This document shows, in pieces, positions 18,231-26,996 of a stretch of DNA of 43,503 nt. The DNA comes from Candidatus Xenobia bacterium. GTDB lineage: Bacteria; Vulcanimicrobiota; Xenobia; Xenobiales; QWHO01. The position numbers and the translations under genes are program-made. The stretch is taken from assembly GCA_045863235.1 (NCBI GenBank), contig BTUM01000067.1, positions 1-43,503 on the forward strand. Reading direction: 5' to 3'. The notes beneath the pieces were generated by a model. It worked only from the letters and a program-made list of their open reading frames with translations, had not been told where the DNA came from and did not search any database. The stretch's first letter is position 1. Each line of letters starts with the position of its first letter.

Positions 18231-18269
18231 CCAGCCCAGTCTACCCGGGCCGCCTGAAGGGAGCTTGAA
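18231..18269 (-). promoter_or_regulatory. Leaderless promoter TTCA-N7-TTCA-N11-TAGACT-N7-ATG
   Basis: TTCA at 18266-69 and 18255-58, TAGACT 18238-43, ATG 18230. Confidence 0.65.
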
Positions 18270-18335
18270 AAGCGCCTGCTCCCACCCGAGCCACGACCGC
18301 TGTTCCGCGATAGGCGGAACGACGGCCCGGGTGGC

Positions 18336-18575
18336 TCAGTGCAGCAGCTTCTGGAAGGCGTCGCCGATCTGCTGGAGGGCCGGACGCAGCTCTTTCTGGA
18401 ACTGCTGCCACTTCTCTTCACGCCTGTGGCGCTCGTCCTCGAGTTGGCACCGGTAGCGCTCGAGCTCGGCGCGCAGCTCGGCCTGCCGCCACGCGAAGGC
18501 CTCCCCGGCGTGGGCCTTCTCCTCGCGCACGCGAATGGCCGCAGCGCTCTTCCAGATCTTGGTTCGCGTGTCATC
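18336..18575 (-). pseudogene. Probable 5'-truncated gene (coiled-coil C-terminus)
   Basis: Coding-like frame ...DDTRTKIWKSAAAIRVREEKAH...FQKLLH* that loses coding character upstream at the arm-like repeats. Confidence 0.35.
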
Positions 18576-18660
18576 TATCCCCTTCCCGATGTGGCACTTC
18601 TGGTGGCACCCACGAGGCTAAATTTGGATCACTTTGAGTCACTCTGGCGAGCGAGACGAC

Positions 18661-18690
18661 AAACAAAAAAGCCCGATTTCTCGGACTTTA
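18661..18690 (-). terminator. Intrinsic terminator downstream of the tRNA-Trp 3' duplicate
   Basis: Minus strand AAAGTCCGA-GAAA-TCGGGCTTT followed by TTTGTTT. Confidence 0.6.
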
Positions 18691-18739
18691 GTTGGCAGGG
18701 GAGACAGGATTTGAACCCGCGGCCTACGGTTTTGGAGAC
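18691..18739. repeat. att site (49-bp direct repeat; 3' part of tRNA-Trp)
   Basis: GTTGGCAGGGGAGACAGGATTTGAACCCGCGGCCTACGGTTTTGGAGAC, identical to 37031-37079. Confidence 0.95.
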
Positions 18740-18795
18740 AGAAGGCCAATCGGAAAAATCCCAGCAAAATAAAGGTTATAGACGAAGGAGAAAAT

Positions 18796-18818
18796 CCGGT
18801 GTCCATTTAGGTGTCCAT
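18796..18818. repeat. Arm-type integrase binding repeats (GGTGTCCAT x2, 12-bp period)
   Basis: CCGGTGTCCATTTAGGTGTCCAT; matches 36917-36939 at 22/23 positions. Confidence 0.75.
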
Positions 18819-18944
18819 AACAGGAGGTGAGCGGACCTGCGCGGAAGAGAGTCGGGAGAAAAACAGAACCCCGACCCGAAGGCCAGGGCACTGAGTAGCA
18901 CCGTAGTCTTCGCCCGACGGCCGGGAGTTCCCTGGAGGAGCACC

Positions 18945-20126
18945 ATGGCGAAGAAGAACAACCCTGACCGGGGCCTGTATGAGCGCCCCCCCGGAAGCGG
19001 GGTTTGGTGGATCCAGTATAACGACTGCGAGGGCAACAAGAAGCGCGAGAAGGTGGGCACGAAGGCCGCCGCCCGAACCCTCTATCAGAAGCGCCAGACC
19101 GAGAAGCTCCAGGGCAAGAAGCTCCCAGAGCTGACCCCCAGGAAGGCCCTCCTGGTGAGGGACATGATCGAGCGATTCCGCCCCCAGTGGGAGGCCAAGA
19201 AGAGCGCCGCTGATGATCGCCGGTATGCTGCTTACTGGAGCGAGGCCCTGGGAGCGCTGGCCGCCAGCGAGGTGCGCCCCTCTGACATCGAGAGCTGGAG
19301 AGCAAAGCGCCAGAAGGTCGACGGGGTGGCCCCGGCCACCGTCAACAGAGCTGTTGCGTTCTTGAAACGGGTCTACAACCTGGCCATCCGGGACGCCCTC
19401 TTCGAGGGCAGCAACCCCGTGGCGAAGGTCCGGCAAATCCGCGAGAACAACAGCGTCGTGCGCTACTTGAGCGACGAAGAAGAGGCCCTCCTGCGCCCCT
19501 GCTGCTCGCCCGAGCTGTGGCTGAAGGTGGAAATCGCCTACCTGTCCGGCCTGCGCCAGGGCGAGCAATTCGGGCTTCGGCGCAAGGACCTCGACTTCAG
19601 GGCTCGGGTGATTCACGTCCGCGAGAGCAAGCATGGCGAGAGCCGGACCGTGCCCATGAGCGACCGCCTGGCCGAGCTGTTCCGCGCGCAGCTCGATTCC
19701 CATGACGCAGAGTGGGTTTGGCCCGGCGAGGACCCGAGCAAACCCTACCTCAAGACCTCCTCCTACACGGCTCTTCAGCGAGCCTGCAAGAAGGCCGGGC
19801 TCAAGAACTTCCGCTGGCATGACCTCAGGCATACCTTCTGTTCGCGCCTGGCCATGGCCGGCTGTAGTCTGGCTACCATTCAGGCCCTGGCTGGCCACAA
19901 GACGATCACCGTGACCCAACGCTACGCTCACCTGAGCCCCGAGCACAACCGGGCCGCCATGGAGCTGCTGGCCCCGCGCCCGAAGCCCGCGCCCGAGCCT
20001 CCCCTCCCCTGGGGCGACCCCGAGGCCCTGGCGGAGGTGCTCGCTGGCCGGCTGAGTGAGTCCGACCTGGCCGCCCTGGTGGCCGCCCTGGCCCGCCGGG
20101 GGCGACACCTGCGGGTCGTGAGGTGA
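18945..20126 (+). CDS. int: Tyrosine recombinase/integrase
   Basis: GGAGG RBS; SGLRQGE (R), SKHG (K), HDLRHT, LAGH, TQRYAH; adjacent to att. Confidence 0.95.
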   Translation: MAKKNNPDRGLYERPPGSGVWWIQYNDCEGNKKREKVGTKAAARTLYQKRQTEKLQGKKLPELTPRKALLVRDMIERFRPQWEAKKSAADDRRYAAYWSEALGALAASEVRPSDIESWRAKRQKVDGVAPATVNRAVAFLKRVYNLAIRDALFEGSNPVAKVRQIRENNSVVRYLSDEEEALLRPCCSPELWLKVEIAYLSGLRQGEQFGLRRKDLDFRARVIHVRESKHGESRTVPMSDRLAELFRAQLDSHDAEWVWPGEDPSKPYLKTSSYTALQRACKKAGLKNFRWHDLRHTFCSRLAMAGCSLATIQALAGHKTITVTQRYAHLSPEHNRAAMELLAPRPKPAPEPPLPWGDPEALAEVLAGRLSESDLAALVAALARRGRHLRVVR

Positions 20127-20308
20127 AGGTTCGCGAAGTCATCCGAATGCTCGAGGCCGACGGATGGAGACAGACCTCCCAGCGTGGCAGCCACCGTCAA
20201 TTCGAGCACCCGGTAAAGCCTGGCAAAGTAACCGTTCCCGGCAAGCCCGGGGATGAACTTGCGAAGGGGACGGAGAACAGCATTCTCAAGCAGGCAGGGC
20301 TGAAGTAG
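20123..20308 (+). CDS. hicA: HicA-family toxin (mRNA interferase)
   Basis: MKVREVIRMLEADGW...RGSHRQFEHPVKPGKVTVPG...SILKQAGL. Confidence 0.92.
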   Translation: MKVREVIRMLEADGWRQTSQRGSHRQFEHPVKPGKVTVPGKPGDELAKGTENSILKQAGLK

Positions 20309-20322
20309 CCCTCTGAAAGGAG

Positions 20323-20577
20323 TTGAGCAGGATGCAGGTGGCTATCATCATCGAGAGCACGTCAACCGGCTTCTCTGCCTATGCGCCCGAGGTTCCCGGC
20401 TGTGTGGCCACCGGAGCGACACAGGAGGAGTGTATCCGGGAAATGCAGGAGGCGCTGGCCTTCCATTATGAGTCGATGGTTCGGGACGGGGATGACCTGC
20501 CCGACGTGACCGGGGTGGCCTGCGTCATGGTGGACGTGCCCCTCGAGAATCTGCTGGCCGAGCGCGACGCCGCCTGA
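20323..20577 (+). CDS. hicB: HicB-family antitoxin
   Basis: FSAYAPEVPGCVATGATQEECIREMQEAL; directly follows hicA. True start may be ATG 20332. Confidence 0.9.
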   Translation: MSRMQVAIIIESTSTGFSAYAPEVPGCVATGATQEECIREMQEALAFHYESMVRDGDDLPDVTGVACVMVDVPLENLLAERDAA

Positions 20578-20687
20578 CGCTATAGGAAAATGAGCCAAAC
20601 AGAGCAGGTGTTCGCGAGGAGTCACCAGTCTACCTGAAGAAAATTCACCTCGCACAGGCCCTCGTTGCTTCCGAGAAGGAAGCTGGT

Positions 20688-20987
20688 ATGTCCAACAAAG
20701 CGAATAGCTCAAAGCGCTGCGACGAGCGGAAGCGAACCGCTTCGGCGAAGCTCCAGGATCTCGCGGCGACGCTTGCCCAGGCCGGCAAAGCATTCGACCC
20801 GATCCTGGACGTGTTCATGGCCGCCGTCTACACGGGCCGGCACGAGCAGACCCTCCGCGAGGCCGTCCGACAGCGTGAGTTGGCTTGCTGCCGCACAGGC
20901 ACCCGGGGCCACATGCGCTTCCGGCTCTCACACCTCAACGCCTGGTTAGCTCGCCAGGAGCAACGCGCCGCCAGGGTGGCCGGATGA
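20688..20987 (+). CDS. Excisionase-like HTH protein (paralog 1)
   Basis: HEQTLREAVRQREL...RGHMRFRLSHLNAWL aligns with 21577-21792. Confidence 0.65.
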   Translation: MSNKANSSKRCDERKRTASAKLQDLAATLAQAGKAFDPILDVFMAAVYTGRHEQTLREAVRQRELACCRTGTRGHMRFRLSHLNAWLARQEQRAARVAG

Positions 20988-21019
20988 TCGCCGCCGATCT
21001 AGCGATGCTCCTCCTCCAA

Positions 21020-21466
21020 CTACTGGCTCACGGTCAGGTGACCTACGCCCTGCTGCACGGCGCCCGCACACACCGACGCCAGGATCCGGCCTCGGACGCC
21101 GGCGAGGCGGTCGAGCACCTCCAGCGGGTCGGCGTCCGACGCTGTACCGTCCATCACGACCACCGCGCCGAGCGCGCGCCGAAACTCTCGCTCCCCCAGC
21201 TCGCCCACCAGGCCGTCGAGCACTCGGTCAGGGTCTGGGGCTCCGGCTGCAACGAGCGCCCCCAGGAGCGGCAACAGCGAGGCGCGACGAGGGATCACCG
21301 CGTGGTACTCCCAGCGTTTCCATACCGTTTCGGCGATGCCAACCGCCTCCATGTCGCGGAGGGTCAGGCCCAGGCGCTTCCGCACGAGGCCAAAACGATT
21401 GTTTCTTTGAGATTCCTTCAGCATTTTTTCTTTAGTCTCTACGCCATTTTTGGGCTCTTGAGGCAC
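21020..21466 (-). CDS. XRE-family HTH repressor
   Basis: VRKRLGLTLRDM..GIAETVWKRWE...P; divergent from the early operon. Start may be ATG 21424. Confidence 0.7.
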   Translation of the reverse strand: MPQEPKNGVETKEKMLKESQRNNRFGLVRKRLGLTLRDMEAVGIAETVWKRWEYHAVIPRRASLLPLLGALVAAGAPDPDRVLDGLVGELGEREFRRALGAVVVMDGTASDADPLEVLDRLAGVRGRILASVCAGAVQQGVGHLTVSQ

Positions 21467-21576
21467 ACTTCAGAGTCGCAAGTGTGTCCTGCGCGACCCC
21501 GGCCAAATCGCTAGACTCATTTTAACGCAAAGAACAGCGCCGCGCAATATTTTCAAACAGGAGGACTAAGATCGGC

Positions 21577-21792
21577 ATGACTGCTGCAGACTTTGACCGT
21601 TGCATCTCGCTCAAAGAGGCCGCTGAGCTGGCCTGTTGCCATCACCAGACCCTGCGCCAAGCCATCAGGCACCGCGAGATCGAGGTCGTGCGCAGGGGGG
21701 GCGTCCGAGGGCACATTTTCATTCGTTTGAGTGCGTTGGATTCGTGGATCAAGCGTACCACGATCCCGGCCTCCAGGGTGGCGGTGGCGTAG
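21577..21792 (+). CDS. Excisionase/AlpA-like HTH protein (paralog 2)
   Basis: GGAGG RBS; ISLKEAAEL...TLRQAIRHREI...IRLSALDSWI. Confidence 0.8.
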   Translation: MTAADFDRCISLKEAAELACCHHQTLRQAIRHREIEVVRRGGVRGHIFIRLSALDSWIKRTTIPASRVAVA

Positions 21793-21977
21793 TGCGAAAA
21801 AATACAGCAGCCGGGCGCATCCTACCTCGCCCGGCCACAGAAACCACCAACAGCCCAAGTGTAGCATACTACGCCGGCATTTGCAAATCTTTCAAGGCCG
21901 CTATGAAAAAGTGCATCGCCTGCCAGTCGCCCGGGTGGATTGACCGGCCGTGCTACTGCGCGCAGGAGGTGGCATGA
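21792..21977 (+). CDS. Small Cys-rich hypothetical protein
   Basis: GTG overlapping the previous stop; CIAC...CYC; its stop overlaps the next ATG. Confidence 0.5.
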   Translation: MRKNTAAGRILPRPATETTNSPSVAYYAGICKSFKAAMKKCIACQSPGWIDRPCYCAQEVA

Positions 21978-23845
21978 GCGAGCCGCCGACCATCATTGCC
22001 GAGCCCCCCGTCCACCGGATGACCCAGCAGGCCCTGCAGGCCCTCGTGGCCAATAACGATCCCCCGACCCTCTATCGGCGGGGACAGTCCCTCGTCCGTC
22101 TGCGCCGAGACACCGAGATCCCCTCCCTGCAGGTTCTCGGGCCGGATGCGTTGCGGGGTGTGCTCGACCGCTCCATCCGCTGGATGCGCCGGACCGCAGG
22201 AGGCGAGCTGAGGCCGACCAGGCCCGACAAGGACGTCGTGGCGGACATCCTGAGCCTGCCAGACCTCGCGATGCTCCCCGCGCTGGACGGGGTGATCACC
22301 GCCCCGGTCTACACCGCCGATGGGCTCCTGCTCCTGGCTCCTGGATACCATGCCGACTCAGGCCTCTGGCTCGAGCTCGGTGACCTCCGAGTGCCCCCCG
22401 TCCCCACCGTCCCCACGCAGGCCCAGGTAGACAGGGCGCGAGGACTCCTCCTCGAGCCGCTGGCCGATTTTCCGCTCGCGGAGAGCGCCAGCCGGGCGCA
22501 TGCCGTCGCCCTGATGTTGCTACCATTCGGGCGCGATTTGGTGGCCGGCCCGACACCCCTGCACCTGGTCGCCAGCCCGACGCAAGGCAGCGGCAAGGGT
22601 CTCCTCGTAGCTGTCGCCAGCGTGATCGCCACCGGCACGACGCCCGAGGTCACGACCTGGCCGACCACTCGCGGCGCAACCGACGAGGCTGAGCTACGCA
22701 AGCGCCTCTGGGCGCACCTCCTGGCCGGGACCAGGATGATCGCACTCGATAACGTGCCGACCGGGCTCGACAGCGCCACCCTGGCCGCCGTCCTCACGGC
22801 CGAAACCTACGCTGACCGGACCCTGGGCGGAAGCACCGTCCCTAGTTGCCCCGTCCGGTGTGTCTGGGCCGCCACGGGCCTGAACCCGACCCTGACCGGG
22901 GAGCTGGCCCGCCGGGCTATCTCGATCCGGCTCGAGCCGTCGGAGGAGGCGCCCTGGGAGAGGCAGGGCTGGCGCCATGCCGACCTGCTCGGATGGTGCC
23001 GGGAGCACCGCGGGGAACTGGTTTGGGCCGGCCTGGTCCTCTGGCGAGCTTGGCTCGCGGCTGGACGGCCGCGCTGGACCGAGCAGACCATGGGGAGCTA
23101 CGCCGCCTGGAGCGAGACCATGGGCGGCGTGCTGGAGGTCGCCGGTATCCCCGGCCTCCTGGGTAACCGTCAGGACATGTGGCAGGCCACCGAGACCGAG
23201 CTGCCAGAGCTCCGGGCGCTCGTGGAAAACTGGTGGGAGGAGCACGGAGAAGCTCAGGTCGAGGTCCGCGCCCTCATCCAACTCTGTAGACGCCGCAGGA
23301 TCCTGGTCGATGTCCTCCATGGCAGGCGCGACAAGACCAAGGCCCTCGGTCGTCTCCTGCGACAGCACTCCGGCCGGGTGGTGGACGTGGGCGGCCTGCG
23401 CCTCCAGATGCGGCTCTCTGGCATGACCCGCACCCGCACCAACCTATGGCGACTCGCGCGCCCACTCCCTGCACCCAACTCCCTGCAGCCAAAACCCATC
23501 CAGGACGCCATTCATGGGCAACAACAAAACTCACCACTGGCCCACTCCCTGCATGACTCCCTGCAAACGGAACCGCTCCGTGTAGCCAAAACTAAGCAAT
23601 CTGCAGGCATTGCAGGGAGTCATGTAACCCCCCCCGCGCGGGAAGAAAATATACATGAGAACCGACATGGTGTCGATCACTCCCTGCAATGCCTGCACCC
23701 GACCCAAAAACCCCGCCAGGACGCCACCCAGGCTGCAGGGAGTGGTGCAGGGAGTGCGCAGGGAGTGGGGGGATCACTCCCTGCAAAGCCTGCACGGAGC
23801 ACATGGAGCCAGCGAGACCAAGAGCAGCTCGAGGGCCTGCTGTGA
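21974..23845 (+). CDS. SF3-helicase-like P-loop replication ATPase
   Basis: GGAGG RBS; Walker A SPTQGSGKG, Walker B MIALDNV, sensor ATGLN, arginine finger LARR. Low-complexity tail overlies the iterons. Confidence 0.75.
   Translation: MSEPPTIIAEPPVHRMTQQALQALVANNDPPTLYRRGQSLVRLRRDTEIPSLQVLGPDALRGVLDRSIRWMRRTAGGELRPTRPDKDVVADILSLPDLAMLPALDGVITAPVYTADGLLLLAPGYHADSGLWLELGDLRVPPVPTVPTQAQVDRARGLLLEPLADFPLAESASRAHAVALMLLPFGRDLVAGPTPLHLVASPTQGSGKGLLVAVASVIATGTTPEVTTWPTTRGATDEAELRKRLWAHLLAGTRMIALDNVPTGLDSATLAAVLTAETYADRTLGGSTVPSCPVRCVWAATGLNPTLTGELARRAISIRLEPSEEAPWERQGWRHADLLGWCREHRGELVWAGLVLWRAWLAAGRPRWTEQTMGSYAAWSETMGGVLEVAGIPGLLGNRQDMWQATETELPELRALVENWWEEHGEAQVEVRALIQLCRRRRILVDVLHGRRDKTKALGRLLRQHSGRVVDVGGLRLQMRLSGMTRTRTNLWRLARPLPAPNSLQPKPIQDAIHGQQQNSPLAHSLHDSLQTEPLRVAKTKQSAGIAGSHVTPPAREENIHENRHGVDHSLQCLHPTQKPRQDATQAAGSGAGSAQGVGGSLPAKPARSTWSQRDQEQLEGLL
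23464..23785. repeat. Iteron cluster (ACTCCCTGCA, 10 copies in both orientations), putative replication origin
   Basis: Direct copies at 23464, 23478, 23544, 23556, 23679, 23776; inverted copies at 23611, 23734, 23746, 23757 (variant). Confidence 0.8.
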
Positions 23846-24588
23846 GGGCCATCCACAGGCACGAACACCTCACCGTTTTCGGGTTAGCCGCCCTGGTCCG
23901 TCTGCTACACAGGCACAACGTCAGTCTCGTCATGCACACCGACCAGCCGGGATACTACCACCTGGCCAAGACCATCGAGAGCAAACCCCTGCTCCTCTGG
24001 ATGCAACCCGAGCCTGTTCGGGAGCTGATTGGGAACTTTCAGGCCGAGATCCGGGCTATGGCGAGGCTCTATGCGACGAGGCCGCCCAGCAACGAGTGGA
24101 CAGACATGCTTGCTCAGCTCGGGGTGCGCATGCAGGTACGCTTTCGCGAGAAAACGTTGTGTGGACTTAGATTGCGCCTCCCTGGATACTACGCGATTCG
24201 GCTCGAGGTGTGGTCAACGCCCAGCTTCCCGAAGCGAAGAAAGGCTGAATTTTGCCAGCAAGGCGCCCCCGCAGCCTCGCGCGCGCCCGAGGACGGCCCA
24301 CCCCAGCGCCGGGAGCACCTGGCCCTGGTCGCCCGAGTGGAGGAGGCTGAGCAGCAACTCGCCGGCCTCTTGGACTGGGGATCCAGGTGGGGAGTGCGTC
24401 CTGACGCCACTCTGGACCCGCTGACAGTTACCCTGGCTGACTGTCGAGCAGCCACTGAATCACTGACGGCCGTCAACAGTCTACCTGCTTCGACATTGAA
24501 CCGTTCTCAACAAACCGGAACCCAAGCAATGACGGCCTTTCAGCCGCCGAACACCGTGAATCTACCTCAAGGAGGCACCCATGACTGA
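23842..24588 (+). CDS. Hypothetical protein
   Basis: GTG overlapping the previous stop (GTGA); 248 aa. Confidence 0.6.
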   Translation: MRAIHRHEHLTVFGLAALVRLLHRHNVSLVMHTDQPGYYHLAKTIESKPLLLWMQPEPVRELIGNFQAEIRAMARLYATRPPSNEWTDMLAQLGVRMQVRFREKTLCGLRLRLPGYYAIRLEVWSTPSFPKRRKAEFCQQGAPAASRAPEDGPPQRREHLALVARVEEAEQQLAGLLDWGSRWGVRPDATLDPLTVTLADCRAATESLTAVNSLPASTLNRSQQTGTQAMTAFQPPNTVNLPQGGTHD

Positions 24589-24952
24589 CACATCACCCCT
24601 GGATCCCATCCTCGTCGCCACCGTCGAGCATGCCGTGGCCACCGGCCCGGAGCAACTCGAGGCCCTCCTGGCTGAGCACGGCCTGGCCTCGATGCCGCCG
24701 CCCGGCCTGCGGGAGCCGGCTGCCCAGGCCCTGGTCCACCTGGTGCTCGAGCACCTCCGGGGTCTGCTCGAGGAGACCCCCGACCTCGACCAGGCCCAAC
24801 TGGCCGGCCAGAACTACTCCGCCGTCATGCTGATGAAGGCGCAGCGCCTGGTTGCCACCTGGATCGACCGCCAGGGCGAGGACGCTGGGCCCTGGCCATC
24901 GCCCGCCCACGCCGTCTTGGGCCACGCCCTGGCCACGCTGGGGCCGGTGTAG
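24581..24952 (+). CDS. Hypothetical protein
   Basis: AGGAGG RBS; overlaps the previous stop. Confidence 0.7.
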   Translation: MTDTSPLDPILVATVEHAVATGPEQLEALLAEHGLASMPPPGLREPAAQALVHLVLEHLRGLLEETPDLDQAQLAGQNYSAVMLMKAQRLVATWIDRQGEDAGPWPSPAHAVLGHALATLGPV

Positions 24953-24954
24953 CC

Positions 24955-25554
24955 ATGGGACGTGTCGCTGCTGACGTTCTCCTGGCTCGCCACCGCAAGT
25001 TCGCTGCCCTGGTGGCCCGGGGAGACATCAGCCACGCCGACGCTGCAAAGGCTTGCGGCTACTCGCGCAAGTGGGCCTCCAGGCACGCTTGGAAGCTGAT
25101 CAAGCATCCCGTTGTGGCCGCCGAGATCCAGCGCCTGCAGGAGGAGACTGCTGCCCTCGCCCGGGTCGAGCGGGTGGAGATCGTCGAGGGCCTGCGGGAC
25201 GCCATCGCCCGGGCAAAGGCCGACGCCGAGGCCCAGGCCCTACGGGGCAAGCCGGCCGCCCAGGCCATCGCTGCGGAGGTCAAGGCCTGGGAGCTCCTGA
25301 GCAAGGTCACGGGCCATTTGACGCCGGCCGGCACAACGGTAAACGTCGGAGTCGGCGTCAACGCCGAGAAGGAGCGACCGGTCTACATGGTTTTGTGGGA
25401 GGGCGAGGATGGCCTCCTGGCCCCGAGTCAGCCCTGCCTGCCCGACCCCCGCCCCGAGCCTGTGGAGCCCTGGCTGACCCCGATTCGCCAGCCTCGCACC
25501 GTCGAGGCCAAGATCATCCAACCCGAGGAGGACATCGACTTTGACCGTTTCTAG
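24955..25554 (+). CDS. terS: Terminase small subunit
   Basis: N-terminal HTH ADAAKACGYSRKWASRHAWKLIKHPVVAAEI typical of TerS, then a helical oligomerisation region (KAWELLSKVTG). Confidence 0.75.
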   Translation: MGRVAADVLLARHRKFAALVARGDISHADAAKACGYSRKWASRHAWKLIKHPVVAAEIQRLQEETAALARVERVEIVEGLRDAIARAKADAEAQALRGKPAAQAIAAEVKAWELLSKVTGHLTPAGTTVNVGVGVNAEKERPVYMVLWEGEDGLLAPSQPCLPDPRPEPVEPWLTPIRQPRTVEAKIIQPEEDIDFDRF

Positions 25555-25993
25555 TATCACTTGGACCCAGGGCACGGCCGGCTGTGCCGTCACCATTCGC
25601 CCTCGCCAGAGAGGCCGCACTGCCCGACAACTCGACCGCCTGCTGGTCAACGCCCAAGGAATCGTGACATACTCGCCCTTCGGGGTCGTGGTGGAAAACC
25701 TGGACTATCACCTATCGTTGGCCCTGGTGCGACGCCTGGAGGCCCTCCTCGGCGCCACCGCAACCAAGCCGAATGGGGCGGGACTGACCACCGCCAGGCC
25801 CTGCCAGGATGCCCTCCGGCAGCTCGACCGCCCCGCCCCGCCCGCCCGAGCCCGAGCCCGCCACCGTAGCGGCCACTGCTGGGCGGCACGCCGAGCAGGA
25901 GCCGGGTCTGGAATCGTGCCGGGCCCTGCCCACGTCTCCCCCTGGGTCGGCGGGCTACAGCCGGGCCGCTGGCTGGACCGGGAGGGCGCATGA
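25541..25993 (+). CDS. Hypothetical protein
   Basis: Fills the operon gap with overlapping start and stop. Confidence 0.45.
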   Translation: MTVSSITWTQGTAGCAVTIRPRQRGRTARQLDRLLVNAQGIVTYSPFGVVVENLDYHLSLALVRRLEALLGATATKPNGAGLTTARPCQDALRQLDRPAPPARARARHRSGHCWAARRAGAGSGIVPGPAHVSPWVGGLQPGRWLDREGA

Positions 25994-26691
25994 ACGAGCG
26001 CGACCTCACGACCGCGTTCTTGCGCGGCTGCCGTAGCGTCGGGTTTCACGCGGCTCGCATCCCCGACGCAGGCAAAGCCGACCGCTTCACGACGGTCAAA
26101 CCCTACGATCTAGTCATCGCCACCCCTCCAGGCCGCTATCACGCCGTCGAGCTGAAGCTCGTGACGAAGGGGGCCTCCTGGCCTATTCGAGCACTCCAGC
26201 CCCACCAGGAGGCCGCCCTCCTGGACGCCGAGCGGGTCGGGGCTCCCGGCTGGGTCATTGTCGGGTGGAACGTCCGGCTGAGCGAGCGGGAGCGGGAGCG
26301 CCAGGGCCGGGACGTGGTATCCGGGGCCTGGGCTGCACGCATCCGCCAAGTGGTCCAGGCGAGGGTGGAGGAGGCTCGCACCAACCTGCCCATCCATTGG
26401 TTCGTCCAGCACGCCATTGAACTGCCCCGCCTGGCCCTACGGGGTGAGGACGGGAGCCGGGTGGCCGCCTACGATCCCCGCCCGCTCGTGGCCCGTGTCG
26501 AGACCGGAGCGCCTGCTCCCCCGCCACCCTCGTCGCCAGGCTCAGCGTCCCCTCCTGGACCCTCCCCGGAGCCGAAGGATCCGACGCCCCCCGCGAGGGC
26601 CGAGGGTCCGTCCTTGCCGCCCCCCCGGCCGAAGCCGAGCAGGTGTGACCGTAGCCTGGACCTCTTCCGGCCGCTGGGAGAGTCCGCATGA
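25990..26691 (+). CDS. RecU-like PD-(D/E)xK Holliday junction resolvase
   Basis: RIPD...KPYDLV...HAVELK...LQPHQEAAL pattern; Pro-rich tail. Confidence 0.7.
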   Translation: MNERDLTTAFLRGCRSVGFHAARIPDAGKADRFTTVKPYDLVIATPPGRYHAVELKLVTKGASWPIRALQPHQEAALLDAERVGAPGWVIVGWNVRLSERERERQGRDVVSGAWAARIRQVVQARVEEARTNLPIHWFVQHAIELPRLALRGEDGSRVAAYDPRPLVARVETGAPAPPPPSSPGSASPPGPSPEPKDPTPPARAEGPSLPPPRPKPSRCDRSLDLFRPLGESA

Positions 26692-26882
26692 CGCCGGGGC
26701 TGCCGCTCCCCTCTCCCCTGGTGAGGGACTGTAGCAACTGTGGGAATCTCCAACGGTTCGACCCCCGGCCCGATGAGCCAGCGGCTCAGGGTTGCTCACG
26801 CGAGGGGTGCTATCTGGAGCCATCTGATAAGGCTGTTCACTCAGTGAACACCCCTGGGGGGCACAGAAGGTCGTCTTTCTGA
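26688..26882 (+). CDS. Small Cys-rich protein
   Basis: ATGA overlap; CSNC...CSREGC. Confidence 0.4.
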   Translation: MTPGLPLPSPLVRDCSNCGNLQRFDPRPDEPAAQGCSREGCYLEPSDKAVHSVNTPGGHRRSSF

Positions 26883-26996
26883 ATGAGTCTGCTCGACAGC
26901 AACCTGACACGCCCCCTCTGTTGCGGCTTCGGTTGGCGACCAGTTTGAGAATTTTCCAAAATCGCGTAGCACACACGCCCAAAGGAGTCGCTCCTT

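Noticed and set aside
18691..18739. Second tRNA-Trp gene
   Set aside because: Only the 3' part is present; it is the att duplicate.
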